A stretch of DNA of 62,937 nt, the filler included, from Vannella sp. (taxonomy: Eukaryota), in the NCBI GenBank assembly GCA_023345925.1. It is 6 parts of 6 records of this genome, joined end to end, with 100 filler letters (N's around TTAATTAATTAA, not from the genome) between each part and the next. Parts side by side here need not be neighbours in the genome. Positions count along the whole stretch, not along the records: positions 40,706 to 55,083 come from JAJQQN010000055.1; positions 55,184 to 62,937 come from JAJQQN010000542.1; 4 more parts are not named here. The stretch is one strand, 5' to 3'. Numbering within the stretch: position 1 is the first letter of the stretch; the number at the start of each line of letters is the position of its first letter. Below the pieces are notes generated by a model. That model had not been told where the DNA came from. It worked only from the letters and a program-made list of their open reading frames with translations, and made no database searches. Positions 44,790 to 58,354 of this stretch are shown here, piece after piece. Both the position numbers and the translations under genes were made by a program.

Positions 44790-46182
44790 TCACAGATGCG
44801 GTTCCTCGTTCCTCGTTTCTGTGGGAGAAAGAGCGTCAACGTGGTCAAAAAGCCTCTTGTACTGTACAATCATCACTTGAGCGATGCGGTTGCCTTTCAT
44901 GGCATCCGCTACCACAGACATATCAGTGATATCCAGAACCTCCTTCCAGATGAGGTTCGGGGAGATCACCCGCGCAAGATTCTCTGCATTCATCTGTGTC
45001 AGCTCGGAATCAAGGCTTAGATCATGAAGGAGACTGAACAGAAAGTCTAAAAGATCATAGTTACACCGAGGAAGACCTCGGATTAAGCTCCTGAGAGCCA
45101 TCACCTTCTCATCCTCCTCTTCCAAGTCTTCCCCTTTGTCAGAACCTCATACGGGCAAGAGGAGGAGCCCAACTCACCGTCAATCATGATGAATCGTTCG
45201 TAGTTCTCAAAGTGAAGGATGGGAGTGGGTAACTCACGAAGGAAGGCCTTCATGAGAGTGGTAATCAAATGGGTGTCCTTCCACACTGCCTCTTCAATCT
45301 CCTCTCCACAGTCGATCTTCTCCTTCACCACCTTGATATCCTTGATCTTACCACGGATGCGGAAGATGCCTTTGACAGAGCCACCGTGAAGTCGGACTGC
45401 CTTGCCAGCTTCGTGGTAAAAGAGGGGGACGGTGAGGTCAGGGTGTCCCTCTCGTTGGCGAGCGAGCACCTCTTCGAGAGGAATACCAAAAATATGCATA
45501 CTTGTCTCTCCTAATGGCTTCAGAAGGACTCGGACAGTGCCAGGCTCCACAGTATGAACGGAGTCTTCGGCAAGGAGGAGGGGAATGGAGGAGATCTTCA
45601 GCTGTTCTATGGTGGGAATGGGGTCCTGATCACTTCTAGTGCGATGACAGTTCGCTTCCGTTTTGCCTTCCTCTACGATATGCATGGAACGTGTGTGTCG
45701 ATGATGACTTCGAGTCTTGGGGCGGACAGAGGGAACTCCTACTGAGTCTCCTTCATCCACAGAGTTAGCAAGGTTCGTCGTCCTATTTCTTCGTCTAGTG
45801 GGGGCTGAGCTCCCCCGTGACAGCGAGTCTCCTTCAGCTTTCGAAGTGAGAGGGGGCTCCTCGCTCCCCATCAGTCCACGAAGCTTCTTCCCCATCACCC
45901 TAAACGAAGCTGTACGCGATAGACCTCGATTCTCCGTGATAAGGGCAACAGAGAGCTCAATGCCACCGCCAAGAGGGAGAGTTTCTTCGTACTCACTCGG
46001 TGCTGAAAAGCGCTCGAGTGGGATGATGACTTCTCCTCTATGTCAGAGTAAGAAAGAGGAGTTAACAAGCTGTTGAAGCACTCACAGAACCCGTTTTGAC
46101 CGCTTCGAGCACAACCGGAAGGTGAGCCCATCGGTGGGTCCGAAGGTTCCTCTGAAGGGAAGGTCAGGGCGTGTACTACCAC
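44790..46182 (-). CDS. RhoGAP domain protein
   Basis: IFGIPLEE, KGIFRIRG (Arg finger), LMKAFLRELPTPI, TQMNAENLARVISPNL; introns at ~45128-45177 and ~46042-46082. Confidence 0.9.
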
Positions 46183-46489
46183 TAAAGCAGAAAGACTTAC
46201 ATTGGGAATACTTCATCCCATACGCTGGTGCTACCTCTCGCTACGTTGGAGCGATGGACCTGCTCTTTAAACTCTACCTCGCAGTAGGAAGACCGGTCTC
46301 CCAACCCGTTGGCCGTGCAAACTACAACAACCTTCAGTGCTTCATTCTCTCGAAACGCATCTTCTTTACCTCGCACTGAGAGATATCGGGGCATTGGGTT
46401 CTCCTCAACGGAGACTGGTGCAGATCCCGAGCACGAGAAAGAAATGACAATTCGAGGGTTGCCGAACACCAAGGTGTGTATTAAGAAAC

Positions 46490-47163
46490 TTAACGGTATC
46501 TTCTGAGGGTGAGAGTGTTGTGCTTCTTCCAGATGGAGCGGCGAGAAGGCTTGGTCTTGTTGAAACGGTGTCCCTTGCCAACGAGACCACGGTTGTGGCG
46601 GCCGGCAGAGGTGAGTCCGCGCAACTCCCTGTGCTTCATGGTTGGGCGGCAGATCCAGTTGATCTTAGGATCGTTGCGGATGGTGGTATGGGCAGAGTCC
46701 ACAAGGATAACCTCGAAATACTTGTAGGTGGAGTCCTGGTTAACCCAGTAAGAGTTGAGAACTCGCAAGTTACCAGCACGGCGGCCGATACGCTCCTCAG
46801 CAACAGATCGCAGAGAGCGTTGGAACTTGAGTTGAGTCACACCCTGGTTGACGGGCTTTCCGTAGGTGATACCCTTGGGTGCCTCCCTCTTGCGAGAGCC
46901 TCGGCGAACGCGGACACGGTACACAACGAAGCCCTGCTTAGCCTTGTATCCAAGACGCCTGGCCTTGTCAGGGCGGGTGGGGTTTTGGACACGGTGGACA
47001 GCGGGAAGCTGACGGTACTCCCAGCATCTCACGCGGAAAAGGAAACGAAGAGCATCAGACTGCTTCTTCTTCCAGATCTCCTCCAAATATTTGTAGGCAC
47101 CTGGGAGAGTGTAAGAAAAGGAACTAAACGACACACAAGCAGATCAGGAGCGAGCATACCCAT
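46490..47163 (-). CDS. RPL15: 60S ribosomal protein eL15; intron after the first 4 coding nt
   Basis: ATG G|intron 47159-47102|GT GCC TAC gives MGAYKYLEE...; [26 protein letters not shown]. Confidence 0.97.
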
Positions 47164-47374
47164 GTCTAAGCGGCAGCCGAAAAAAAGGAACAAAGCAGGA
47201 GACAGAAAAAAGTCGAAACTTTCGTTAGTGATTATTGCGAGATAATTTCGAGCGGGAACAGGACTTGTCTTTGCGATTGCGGAACTCTCACTCAGTTTCT
47301 GTTTCCTTGGTAGGTGAGGGTCTCCTCTTATCACAATCTCGCATCTGATGAGACATCCTTACCATTGACAGACA

Positions 47375-50307
47375 ATGGATGCGGAGTTTATCCGACACTT
47401 GCAGAGCCTGCGCGACTCAGACTCCAGTGTTCGCCAGCAAGCCGAAGAATTGCAACGAGCACAACTCCAACAGAACTTGGTGCGTGTAGTCATGTCCATG
47501 TTCCTCAACTCGGGGTCTGACGTGTGTGTAGGGCCCTTATCTTTTCAACTTGGCCAAAGCTATCAGCACACAAGGTGTGGATGATGCGATAAAGCAGTTG
47601 GCTGGTATCATCATCAAAAACGCGATCGATGGCCCTTCTGAGGTAACAAGACGCGCACATCAGCAAACATGGTTGCGACTTGCTGGTGAAGCTCGTACTG
47701 AGATCAAGACAAGCGTAGGTTATGATTCTAATTTGTTCTTTTCTGACTCTAGTCTCCCAGCTCTTCGCAGGTCTGGGCAGCGAGAACCCCCTTGGTCGTA
47801 GAGGTGCCGCTTCTGCTATCGCAAGCATTGCTGTTGCGGAGATCTCTGTTGGAGAATGGAACGAACTCATTCCAACACTCGGAAATGCTGTCAAACAGGG
47901 CAACCATACCGCACAAGAGGGAGCCCTTATCACTATTGGTCTGATCTGCGAAGATGTTGTACGTAGACTTCGCTTCAGTGTTCTCCATTAAGCTGACACG
48001 AAGTGAAAAGGATCCCATCCCTGAAGCACTCACAATGCAGTCCGGAGACATCCTGAACGCCATTGTTGTTGGATCAACCTCTCAAGTTCCGGTAGAGGTG
48101 AGGAGCTGGTGGTGTGTCGATCATGTTTCTCCTGACACGATTGGCTTAGGTCCGCAGGGCTTCAATCAAGGCTATGTACGGTGCCCTCAGCATCGTGGAA
48201 TCCAACTTCCTTCAAAAGGAGCAGCGCGACTACATCATGAAGATCATTTGCGGCGCCTGCGGGGATCCGGACACCACCGTTCAAAACACTGGTGTTAGCT
48301 GTTTAGTTCGCACTGCGGAGCTTTATTACCAGAACCTTGAGGGCTACTTGACCACGATCTGGGAGGTGAGGTTGCCATCTGGGTATGTCACTATTCTGAC
48401 TGATTCTAGATCACATCTCGGCTGCTAATGAACGAGTCTGACTCAACATCAACTGCTATTGAGTTCTGGTCCTCCATTGCTGAGACTGAGAAGGATCTCT
48501 ACAACGAGGAAGAGGAGGTGAGAACCACCCTTTGATTACTTCCCGAGTGCTGGCTCTGATCTATCTGCAGAATGACGAGAGCCTGAACTTCTCTCTTCGC
48601 TATTCTCCTAACTTAGTGCCCCTCTTGTGCCATAACTTGCTCAAGCAAGCAGAAGCTGTTGATGAAGACGACGAATGGACTGTCGCCGCCGCAGCCGCAG
48701 CTTGCATCACGATTCTGTCCGAATGCTTAGGCGATAACCTTGTCAGTACCCTGGTTCCTTTCATCCAACTCATCAACGACGCAAACTGGCGCCAGCGAGA
48801 AGCCTCCACCATGGCTTTTGGTTCCATCACGTCTGGTAGCGAGTCGGAACAGTTCAAGGCAATGACCCAGGAGATCATGGGAACACTCTTGGCCCACATT
48901 GGCTCGGATCCCAACGAGTGTGTTCGAGCAACATCTGCATGGACTGTTGGAAGAATCGCTGAGTTCCACGGAGATATCATCCAAAAGGATGTTAAGGCTG
49001 TTCTTGGCGTTCTAGTAGGCGCTCTGTCTCAAGAGGAGCCAGTTATTGCTGCTCACGCTTGTTACGGCATCTTCCATGTGCTGAACAACGTCTACTCTGA
49101 TCGGTCAGACGACGAAACCAACGAACTCAGCCAATTCTTCGCCCCTCTGTTCACCGAACTGATGAAGGCCGGAGATCGCGAGGATGCCTCCTCTGCCAAA
49201 TTGCGTGTGGTGGTTTACGAAGCGATCAACACATTGATCGAGGTGGCTCCCAAAGATTGCCTCCAACAGGCCGCCACTCTGATCCCTCCATTCCTTCAGA
49301 AGCTTGAACAAAGCTTCCAAGCGACTATGGAGCTTGAGGACCAAATCCAGTACCAATCGTACATCCCCTTGGTCCTCCAAACGATCACGCAGCGTATTGG
49401 AAAGGGTGTGATGCCCAATGCTGAGATGATGTACAAGCGCTTCGTGGAGATCTTCGACAACCGGAAGATGATCCTCGATGAACCCATGAACGGCATCGCC
49501 ATGCTCTTCTCGATCCTGCCTGAGGTCATTCCAGGTGTCCTTCCCTCCTTCACGCCCTACTTCTACGGTGCGATTAAGAACGCACGAGATGTTTCTGTGC
49601 TGAAGTCGGGACTGGTCTGCTTGGGTGCCTTGTGTGATGGACTCCAAGAGAACCTCTATCTGTTTGATAATGGACAACTGTGCAACACTGTACTCGGCTC
49701 TCTGATCTCGCACTTGCAAGACCCCGAGGTTGATCGCTACCTTCGAGCGCTCATCATCACTTCGTTCGGAGACATCGCCATGGCCATCAAAACCAACATT
49801 GTCAATTACTATCCTCATATCATTAGCATCCTCAGTGCGGCTTCAGACATCCCCATCACTGCGAATGACGACGAGGACACCATCGACTATGTCATTGCAC
49901 TCCGCGAGGCCATTCTTGAATGCTTCCCTGTACTCGTTATTCAAATGTGTGACGCAAAACAAGCTTCTGCTGTTATCCCCTCTCTTTCAAAGATGATCCC
50001 CTTCATGGAAGTGCTGTGGAACCAAACCGACTATCGCACAACGCACATCCTTTCGTCCATGGTCAGCATCGTCAAGTAAGTCTTTGGATGTGCCAAACCA
50101 CCATTAGACCACCATCTAACCTCACTCTGTAGCGATATCCTCACTGATTTGGTGCCAGTGATGGATCAGAACACTCAGCAGCAGTTGCTTGGCCTCCAGT
50201 TCATCCATGAGCTTGTCAACCGTGGCTTGCAAAGCCCACAACCAAACACCAGGAGTTGTGCAGAGTGGGCCCAGTCCCGGCTGAACACTTTGTGTGGAGC
50301 GAGATAG
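47375..50307 (+). CDS. KPNB1: Importin beta-1 (HEAT repeats), multi-exon
   Basis: IBN_N (VRQQAEE, QLAGIIIKNAI), AIEFWSSIAE, DDEWTVAAAAAAC, NWRQREASTMAFGSI, VRATSAWTVGRI, FGDIAMAI, LREAILEC. Confidence 0.92.
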
Positions 50308-50488
50308 ACTGAAAAGGAAGCTGTGCGGTTGCGAGGGAGCCGGTGGGAGAAATTAATTAGAGTTGAGAACTCTGCGGGAGGAATTCGAGTATGTGCACTA
50401 AAACTGTATCTGCTTTGAACAAGATTTTATGGGAGATATTATTGGTCCGCCTTGTGATTGGCTGGGAAGTCTTCACTCTTTGGGGGCC

Positions 50489-53400
50489 ATGACGGAGTGG
50501 AGTAGCAAGGCCTTCAAGCACGCGGAGCATCCTCGCACGTTTGCTAATGCAGTCACTATCGACAAGACGGTTCACATCTATGGTGGCCAGTTGAAGGGAA
50601 CCTCTTTGACCACCAGCCTTCAGATTCAGACTGGTAAGGGCCCTCCCTTGTGTGCCGCTCTTGTGTCTTTCTCACACTTTCTAGGTGGTCTTAAAACCAT
50701 GGTTTGGACCAAAGGCCTTGGTTCAGCCCCGTCTCCTCGGGTCAGAAACACGGCATGTGTGGTTGACGACAAGTCGCTCATCGTGTTTGGTGGTCAAGAG
50801 AGTGAGCCACTCAACGACGTCTTTGCTTACAACATCAGTACGTCCCCTTCGCCCGTTTAACCCTCCTGAACCTAACCTGTACGCAGAGTCGAAGATTTGG
50901 GCGAAGCCACGCATAAGCGGAGACTCTCCCTCACCACGCTTTGGCCATGCAGCGGATGCCATCGGCCCTTTGATGTTCTCGTTCGGAGGAACAAATGGCA
51001 ACGAGTACTTCAGTGACATCGCTTCGTTTGGTGTGAAGGGGAACCGATGGGACATCCTTCCCGCTTCAAACGCTCCACCTGCTCGCAGCTTCCACACACT
51101 CTCTGTCGTTGGGGGTAAGCTATACAGCTTTGGAGGCTCTAATGGACGTGAGCTGTTCAATGACCTCTGGTGCTTTGATCCCTCCAAGAACGCTTGGACA
51201 CAGATTGCCCCACAAGGAGGTGCTCCCGCTGCTCGAGAGGGCCACGTGTCATTGGGATGGAAAAACACATTGATTGTGATTGGCGGCAAAGGAAGCAACG
51301 GAGTCCTGAGCGACATCAGCTTCTACGACACCCTGGCGAACAAGTGGGTGTCCGTCAAGCCCGCAACCGGAGCACCAGCCGGCCTGTACGGGCACTGTGC
51401 CTCGTTGGTTGGAAACATTCTTTGGATCGTTCCTTCAGATGTTTCGGAAGCATACTGGGTGGATGTCAGCAAGTGCGACACCGCTGACTCCGATGGTTCT
51501 GCAGCAGCAGTTGCAGCACCGGCGCCAGTAGCAGCACCAGTGGCTGTAGCTTCTGCCCCAGTTTCGGCACCAGTAGCTGCCCCAGTGGCCACACCTGTGG
51601 CCGCTCCAGTGACTCCAGTAGCTAAGCCAGCTGTTTCAGCGCCTGCACCTGTGGCCGCCGAACCAGCCGCACCCAAAGTATGGGTGGAGCAGAAGTCAAC
51701 TCCAACTCCTACCCCCGTTGCAGTCTCTCAACCAGTCGTTGTAAAACAGACCACTCCTGTTGGCGCGAATCCTCTCTCGCGAGGTCAAACCTCGACGAGC
51801 ATTGGAACTCAAAAGCCTGCTGGAGTGGAGCAAGCTCAACTCCAGGCACTGAACCAACAACTGGCTGAGGCCAACAACAGTAGTGCGGCTGCTACCAAAC
51901 GTGCAAATGACCTCCAAGGCAAAATCTCTGGTCTGGAATCTGAGCTGGCAGGATTGAAGGCCAAAGCTTCTGCTCAACACCCCGCGGAAGCGAAAGCTCT
52001 TGCCCTCCAAGAAGAGGTCACTTCCCTAAAGGCCAAAGTCTCTAGCCTGGAGTCCACGGTCGCATCTGGCAATGCAATTGCTTCTGGAGCGAAAGACGCG
52101 GAAAGGCTGGCGAACGAGGCTCAGAAAAGAAATGCAGAGCAAGCGGAAGAGATCAACTTGTTGAAGACCAAGATCACTTCCCTGGAGTCCGCCTCATCTG
52201 CTGCCTCAGGTAACCAGGACCGAGTTCAGTTGCTTGAAAGAGAGGTGGCTTCCCTGAAGACCCAGGCTGATAAGGCTGCTGCTGCCGAGAAGAAGGCTGC
52301 GGATCTGTCTGCTGAGCTCACAAGCCTAAAGGCCAAGGTTTCTGCTGGCGATGGCGCTCAAGCCGCGGCCCAAGCTGCAGAAAGTAAGAACTCTGCACTG
52401 GAGAAGGACGTTGCTGCTCTTCAAGTCAAGTTGGCAGCCTCCCTGGAGTTTGAGAAGAAAGCGTCTGCCCTGGAGAAGGAGGTTGCGACACTCAAGAGCC
52501 AAGAGACTTCTCGGGCTGTCCCTGTTGTGGATACAACTGAAATCGAGGGAGTCAAGAGACAGCTTGTCGAGTCACAGAGAAAGGTGACTGCTTCTGAGAA
52601 GCGAGTAGAAGAGTTGGAAGCTGCTGCGCAACTCAGTGGAAGCACATCAGCTGGTCTGGAGAAGAAGGCCGCCGAGGCTGAGGCCGCGATTCGCAAATTG
52701 AAGGGCGAACTCACTGCGTCCACGAGCCGTGTGGAGGAATTAGAGAGAGCCGCTGCATCAGCAGCAGTTGCTCAGCCAAAGTCCAGCGATGAATCTAGCG
52801 GATTTGCTCTCAAGTCAGCGAACAACAAGATAGACGCTCTTGTGAAGGAGAACGAGGATCTCAAGGGTCAAGTCACAGCTCTTCAGGGCAAGTTAGATAC
52901 CAGTGAAGATCGACTGAAGAAGTCTTGGGCAAAGGCATCTGGTGTGGAAGAGAAGGCAGCTTCTGCAGAGACTAGGGCAGCAGCAGCTGAAGCTCGTATT
53001 AGAACCGAGGAGCAAAAGGCTGAGAATGCAGAAAAGGCAACAAAGAAGGCACAGAGTGACCTTGTGGAGGCTCAGGATGCGGCTAGAAAGGCTCAGGGTG
53101 AACTTACTACTCTCAAGCGAACATCAGACGAACACGAACAGGCAAGGCGGAAGGCGGAACAGGAGGCCAAGGCACATGCAGAGAAGGCGAACATGTCGCC
53201 CGATGAGCGAGTGGATGCTGCAGAGAAGCAGGCGAAGGAAGCTGTTGACAAGCTTGAAGCTGCGGAGAGCAAGATTAAGGAGTTAGAGGAGAAGATTGCT
53301 TCTGCTCCTGTCGGAGGACCTCCCATGATGGGCGGACCTCCTCCCCCTCCCGGATTTGGTGGTCCACCACCTCCACCCCCACCAGGCATGGGTCCTCCTC

Positions 53401-53645
53401 CACCTCCTCCCATGGGCGGAGCTGGCCCAGGACCTTCCCCAATGGCTGGCCGTGGAGCTCTCCTCAGTGCAATCAAGGGAGGCGGTGGTGGAGTCAAACT
53501 CCGCAGCGCCAAGGCTGCTCCACCCGTCAAGCAACTACCTGTGGAGGACAAGAAGCCTGCTCCTGGTGGCGGAGGTGGCATGCCCAACATCGCCATGCTT
53601 GCCATGGCTGCCCGTGGCAACCTGAAGAAGACTGGCAAGAGGTAA
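50489..53645 (+). CDS. Kelch-repeat / coiled-coil / polyproline / WH2 actin-regulatory protein
   Basis: Kelch repeats (PSPRFGHAA, LYSFGG, AREGH), Ala/Pro linker, long coiled coil, PPPPP tracts, WH2-like GRGALLSAIKGG..VKLRSA and terminal AARGNLKKTG; two early introns. Confidence 0.85.
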
Positions 53646-53731
53646 AGGGTCACTTGCCTCCTTTCCACTACAACTAGTTCAATAGACACGATCTATATTA
53701 CTCCTGACTCAACCTCCATCAATCTTGGCGG

Positions 53732-54400
53732 CTAGAAGAGCGGCTGGAAGGTGTCATCGAAAGAGAGAACATCTGGAGAGTAATCAGCGAGTAATTCATC
53801 CATTTCTCCCAGCGAAGAGCCTGTCCAGCCGAGGGGCTGGTCGTCCTCCAGTGTGGAGAAACTGCCTCGTGTTTGTGAAGTGGGAAGGGGCGGTGGTGGG
53901 GGGCAGATGGAGCTCGTTTCAGAAGAGCTAGAGGATGGGGAGTGTTCACTCAAGGTATGCTCAGGAGACAAGTCGGTGAGCTCTTCCCTTGGGGAAGACA
54001 GATCGACCCGCTCACACCAAAAGGCGAAGCGCACATGGGTGGGAGTTGTGACCTTAAACCACCACATTTTGATCCTTGGAATGGATAGCTTTCGCTTGTG
54101 AGAAGAAGAACGCCGTTTGCGGGGACAGAGCTTGAGGATGTCCACAGTAAGAAGCTGTTGTTGAAGCATCACTTGCTGGTGCGACTTGGGCTGGTTCCAT
54201 CTCCAGTGTTGTGCACTGGGAAGATCTCGTGCAAACACTGGCTCTGAATAGACTTGGAAGGCGCCCTCCTCCCAGACATCAAACAGAAGGCGGTTGGATG
54301 CACTTCGGACAGCTTCGATGCCGGCGTCGAGATTCCTGGTCAAATGACGCACCGCCCGAACATATTCCGGCGGCATACATTGAGGGCTTGTTCGGGGCAT
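53732..54400 (-). CDS. Hypothetical protein
   Basis: 222-aa ATG-initiated ORF with a Trp/basic central region and acidic tail; no family recognised. Confidence 0.45.
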   Translation of the reverse strand: MPRTSPQCMPPEYVRAVRHLTRNLDAGIEAVRSASNRLLFDVWEEGAFQVYSEPVFARDLPSAQHWRWNQPKSHQQVMLQQQLLTVDILKLCPRKRRSSSHKRKLSIPRIKMWWFKVTTPTHVRFAFWCERVDLSSPREELTDLSPEHTLSEHSPSSSSSETSSICPPPPPLPTSQTRGSFSTLEDDQPLGWTGSSLGEMDELLADYSPDVLSFDDTFQPLF

Positions 54401-55083
54401 GTGACTTGGCGCAATGGCTGAGGAGGCAGAGAGTCGGGTGGGCGGCGTTTAGATATGGAAGTCCCCACCAGCCCACCACCAATGCCAGGGCCGAGCCGCA
54501 AATCGATCTCGTTCATCGGCGCCCATCGGCTTGATTTGGCTTCCTTTCTTTGCAAGATCGAAACTAATTAATAACCAGTTCGATCTTACGTCGGTGTGGA
54601 TTTGTCTTCTTTTAGAGGCACCAGGGCTCCCATTTGAAAAGATTCAAAAGAAGCCAATGAAGGCCTGACGGTTTCACTGGCCTAAAGGGACTCGGTCAGC
54701 GACGCGGGAAGCGATCAACGTTTCAGATGAATTGCATTATTGAGAGCAGGGGGGTGAAGCATCAGAGGTGGTGGCAGGCTCCCTGCTTGATGCTCCACTC
54801 AGGTTGGTAGCGGGACTCTGGAAGGAACGTGTTCAAGTCTTTGGACGCCACAACGGAGAGGAGAAAGTCGGACGCTGAGATACTTCGCCCAGAGCTGGAA
54901 TCGCTGAAAAGGGATCGCCAATGCCAACGCGGAGGAGAAGAGGAGACTCGCAGAAGAGCAGAACAGGATGTCCCTTCGAGTGAAGGCTTTGAAGGACTCT
55001 TTGAGAAAAGGAGAGACCGAGATGGACGCATTGAAGGAGCTTAACTCAGCTCCTTTCAGAAGAGCTCCTGGTGCAAAGCAATC

Positions 55084-55183
55084 NNNNNNNNNNNNNNNNN
55101 NNNNNNNNNNNNNNNNNNNNNNNNNNNTTAATTAATTAANNNNNNNNNNNNNNNNNNNNNNNNNNNNNNNNNNNNNNNNNNNN
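55084..55183. other. Artificial contig linker
   Basis: N-TTAATTAATTAA-N, 100 nt. Confidence 0.97.
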
Positions 55184-58100
55184 CCAATCAGCACTGGAAT
55201 TGGCAAAACCTGATCTTTTCAAAGGAACCACTGAGAGGGTTTCTACTATTCTTTTCAATTTAGCGGACACTCATTTGTATCTAAGAGAATTTCCCGAAGC
55301 TTTACGACTTATTGAAGAAATTCTTGAGAATAACAAGCAAATTAACGAGGAGAATAGCAAGATATTTGCTTCTACTATGGTTATAACTCTGAAAGCATTT
55401 TTTCAAATGCAGATACTTGGAATGAAGGCTGATAGTATTCACTATCCTATTCTCGAAATTCTCAAGCGATTTGATTCAAATGTTTCTTTGAAAGAAGTCT
55501 CTTCTGTTTATGGCGGAAGTCGACTGCTGCAGTACCAAAGACTGATTATTGCGTGGAACTATTCTCAGCAGATGTTCATGTGTCTCTTGAAACAGCTCCC
55601 TCTTTTTGCTCTCCTTTCTTCACCTCTCTTGAGGGAATCAGAAATTTGTGGAACCAATTACAACAAAGGCTGATTTTAGATCTTGGTACAAACAGCCGCT
55701 TACTTTCTCCTTCAGCAAGAAACATGGCATGCGAGATTGCCATCCGAATACTGCACTTAATGGATCAATGCTTTGGACAATTCTGCCGCGAACGAGGTTG
55801 TGGAACCAAAGAAGCTTATTTTCCGCATTGCTATAGTGATGAAGATCTCTTAAACAAGCTTCGTGCAAATGGATTGAGTTTGATTGTTCCCGAGCAAACT
55901 TTGGACAGTATTGAATTCGCAAATCTCGAGGATCCTTTGACTTGTATCCGCGAGATGCAACCTTATGTTTCTTTCAACAGGCGCTCCTTTTCAGATGGGC
56001 CCAACGAGAGTTGGTGGGAATCACTTTATCAAATTGCTAATGATACTAAGCATGTGCGTTTAGTACCTCAATCAGTCTGCTCTGAAATCAAACATTCGAA
56101 CGGCTTAGTTGACGATCGTGATGTCACTATTTTGATTGACCACAGCGAAGCCTTGCCACAACTAACAGATTGGACTTTTTTCCGGTTCGCACAATGTGAT
56201 GTCCCAATTTTCGAGAATCAACTGCACCAATTCTCATCACTGCTGAGATCTGCTCTGCTGAAACCCCCTCACTCGATATTCGAGTGTCACAAACAAGGAA
56301 AGATTCCATTCGTTATTCCCAGCGAAGCTCTTCAGAACAGATGGAAAAGGGGTGAAGAGGACGCCATTGTTGATGAAATAATGGATTGTGTTAGATCAAG
56401 AATGAAGATGAATCAGCAGGACACAAGTTTCAACGATTTTGTGAAAGAGAAACTGTACAGCTTTATCGAGGTGAGAATCAATCGCTTGTCTTCAAAAGAC
56501 GGGGTTTGGGAACCTGACTTCTCTCGAAACCTGGCCGATCTCTACAAGGAAGCCCTTGGAACCAGCTCAAAATCCATACAACACCTCCTTATCAAGTTCG
56601 GCGTGCCCTGTGAGCAGTCTGAAACAAAAAAAACACTCAAACTGCAAAACAGTGAGCCAACAACTCCCATTGCAGCTTTTAGGGTGCTGTATGAAAAGCC
56701 AACCCCCACAAAAATCCAAGTTTGCCTACAAATAAGAGAATGGCGAAATCTCGCATTTGTTTGCTCAGCCTTGGAAGATTGCCGTTGGCTAACAGCCGAA
56801 TGCTACCGTCAGGCAACCAAATTGTCCCATGTCTCGTTTGAACTTGAAGCCGTTCGACTCATTGCGAGTTCTATGCTTGACCTGGTGGATCAGCAATTGC
56901 ATGAATCCCACTTCTTCGATTCGCAAACATCGTTGGTGAAGGCTGAGCAGTACATCTCGGACTATGTTCCTGGAGGAGAGCTCCGCGAGAAAGAGAATTC
57001 TATTCAACTTTCTAACATAATCCATGAGGAGAGCCTAGTTAAATCAAAAGAGGAGTGGCTGAAACTCCACTCGACCGCCAAACTCGCATGTGGAGAGAGC
57101 GGAGATTTAGAAGAGCAGCTGCAGTACAACAGAGAGCAACTTCATCGGCTAAGATGCTCCCAAATCAAAATCTTTACGAGGGGTGGACACGCTTCGAAGA
57201 TTCTACTGATCAAATGCATGTCCCAAGCATACACCATCGCGATACGATTCAGAAATCTGATAGACCAATGGGCTTCACGACTACTTCAGCGGACATTTTG
57301 CGAAGCGAACAACTTGTTCATTTTCCAACTGGGTTTAGGGCACTCAGGAAGTAGGGGTTCGCTGATCAAGAAGTTAGGGAAACAACTAACCACTAATGGG
57401 TCCGGTGGCATTGACCAGAAACTGAACCAGTACTTTCTTGAAACTGAGAACGGAAAGAGCGTTTTGGGATTAGTTGAATCACTTCAACCCTATGGTGAAG
57501 AATCTAATCGCCAAATACCAGAATGGCTCCCTCTTCTCATATCGATTACCAACAAAGCAAAGCACGTTGAAGAACGGATTGCTTCTCTGGAAGATATTAG
57601 AAACGTGTCAACTTTCGACGAATTCCTTTACTTCCAAGTGGAGGACTCTTTGTTTGAATACTACAGCTTCACCGAGGATGCGAAAAAGGGAAATTACCTC
57701 AACCGTCTCGCCTCTTCTGCGAAGCTGCTGAAGACTCTCAAGGGAAAAGATATTCTTTGTTCTAAAGGGAGAGCCTCAGAACGTTTACTTGATCAAACAA
57801 GGCGGTCTCTCACACCATTGCTTCTTAAAGACGTCCCTCCATGCTTAGTCAGTGAATTTGAATGGGAGAAAGTAATTGACCGCATCTGGCGGCTTCGGAA
57901 CTATTCTATGACACAGCAAAAAGTGCCTGGAGCCTTGACACTTGACAAAACCTCTTTCATAGAGTTCGTACTTCCAAATCAGATTATTCTGGAACCTGAG
58001 CATGCTTCCGAAAAGCTCTTTATGTCACTTTCTTGCTCTCAACAAAGTCACGAAGCTGATCACCCTCTTAAGCACCCCATTTGCGTTGATGTCGTCGCGT

Positions 58101-58354
58101 GTGGTTGTGATACGACCTTGAAGAACCTCAGAGTGCAATGGAGGAACTTGATTAAGAGTGGTTCCTCCCAACCTATCGGTCTTGGTCAGGTATTCAATGA
58201 GACAAATCTTCAAGAATTCCTCAGAAACAAAGAAAAATCTCACAGGCAATCAAAGAGAGTTCAATGTGACCTTCTGCCAATCCCTCGCCGTGTACTTGTT
58301 CGCCCCTTCCTTCAAATTGTCTTGGACGAGGTGTCTCGTATCACTTCAACATGA
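55184..58354 (+). CDS. Large protein with TPR-like N-terminus and an internally duplicated HEPN-like domain (5' truncated)
   Basis: TPR-like LFNLADTHLYLREFPEALRLIEEILE; 933-aa ORF with two copies of AIR..LxDQ ... QPY ... W..L..I.N..KH. The frame change near 55520-55570 is probably an intron. Confidence 0.6.

Noticed and set aside
768..53689. Long antisense ORFs (e.g. 768-1553, 10829-11884, 25911-26831, 46520-47245, 49105-49818, 53093-53689)
   Set aside because: Shadows of codon-biased real genes on the opposite strand; no recognisable domains.
10088..55183. TTAATTAATTAA flanked by N runs, five times
   Set aside because: Artificial scaffold linker with stops in all frames; adjacency across it has no biological meaning.
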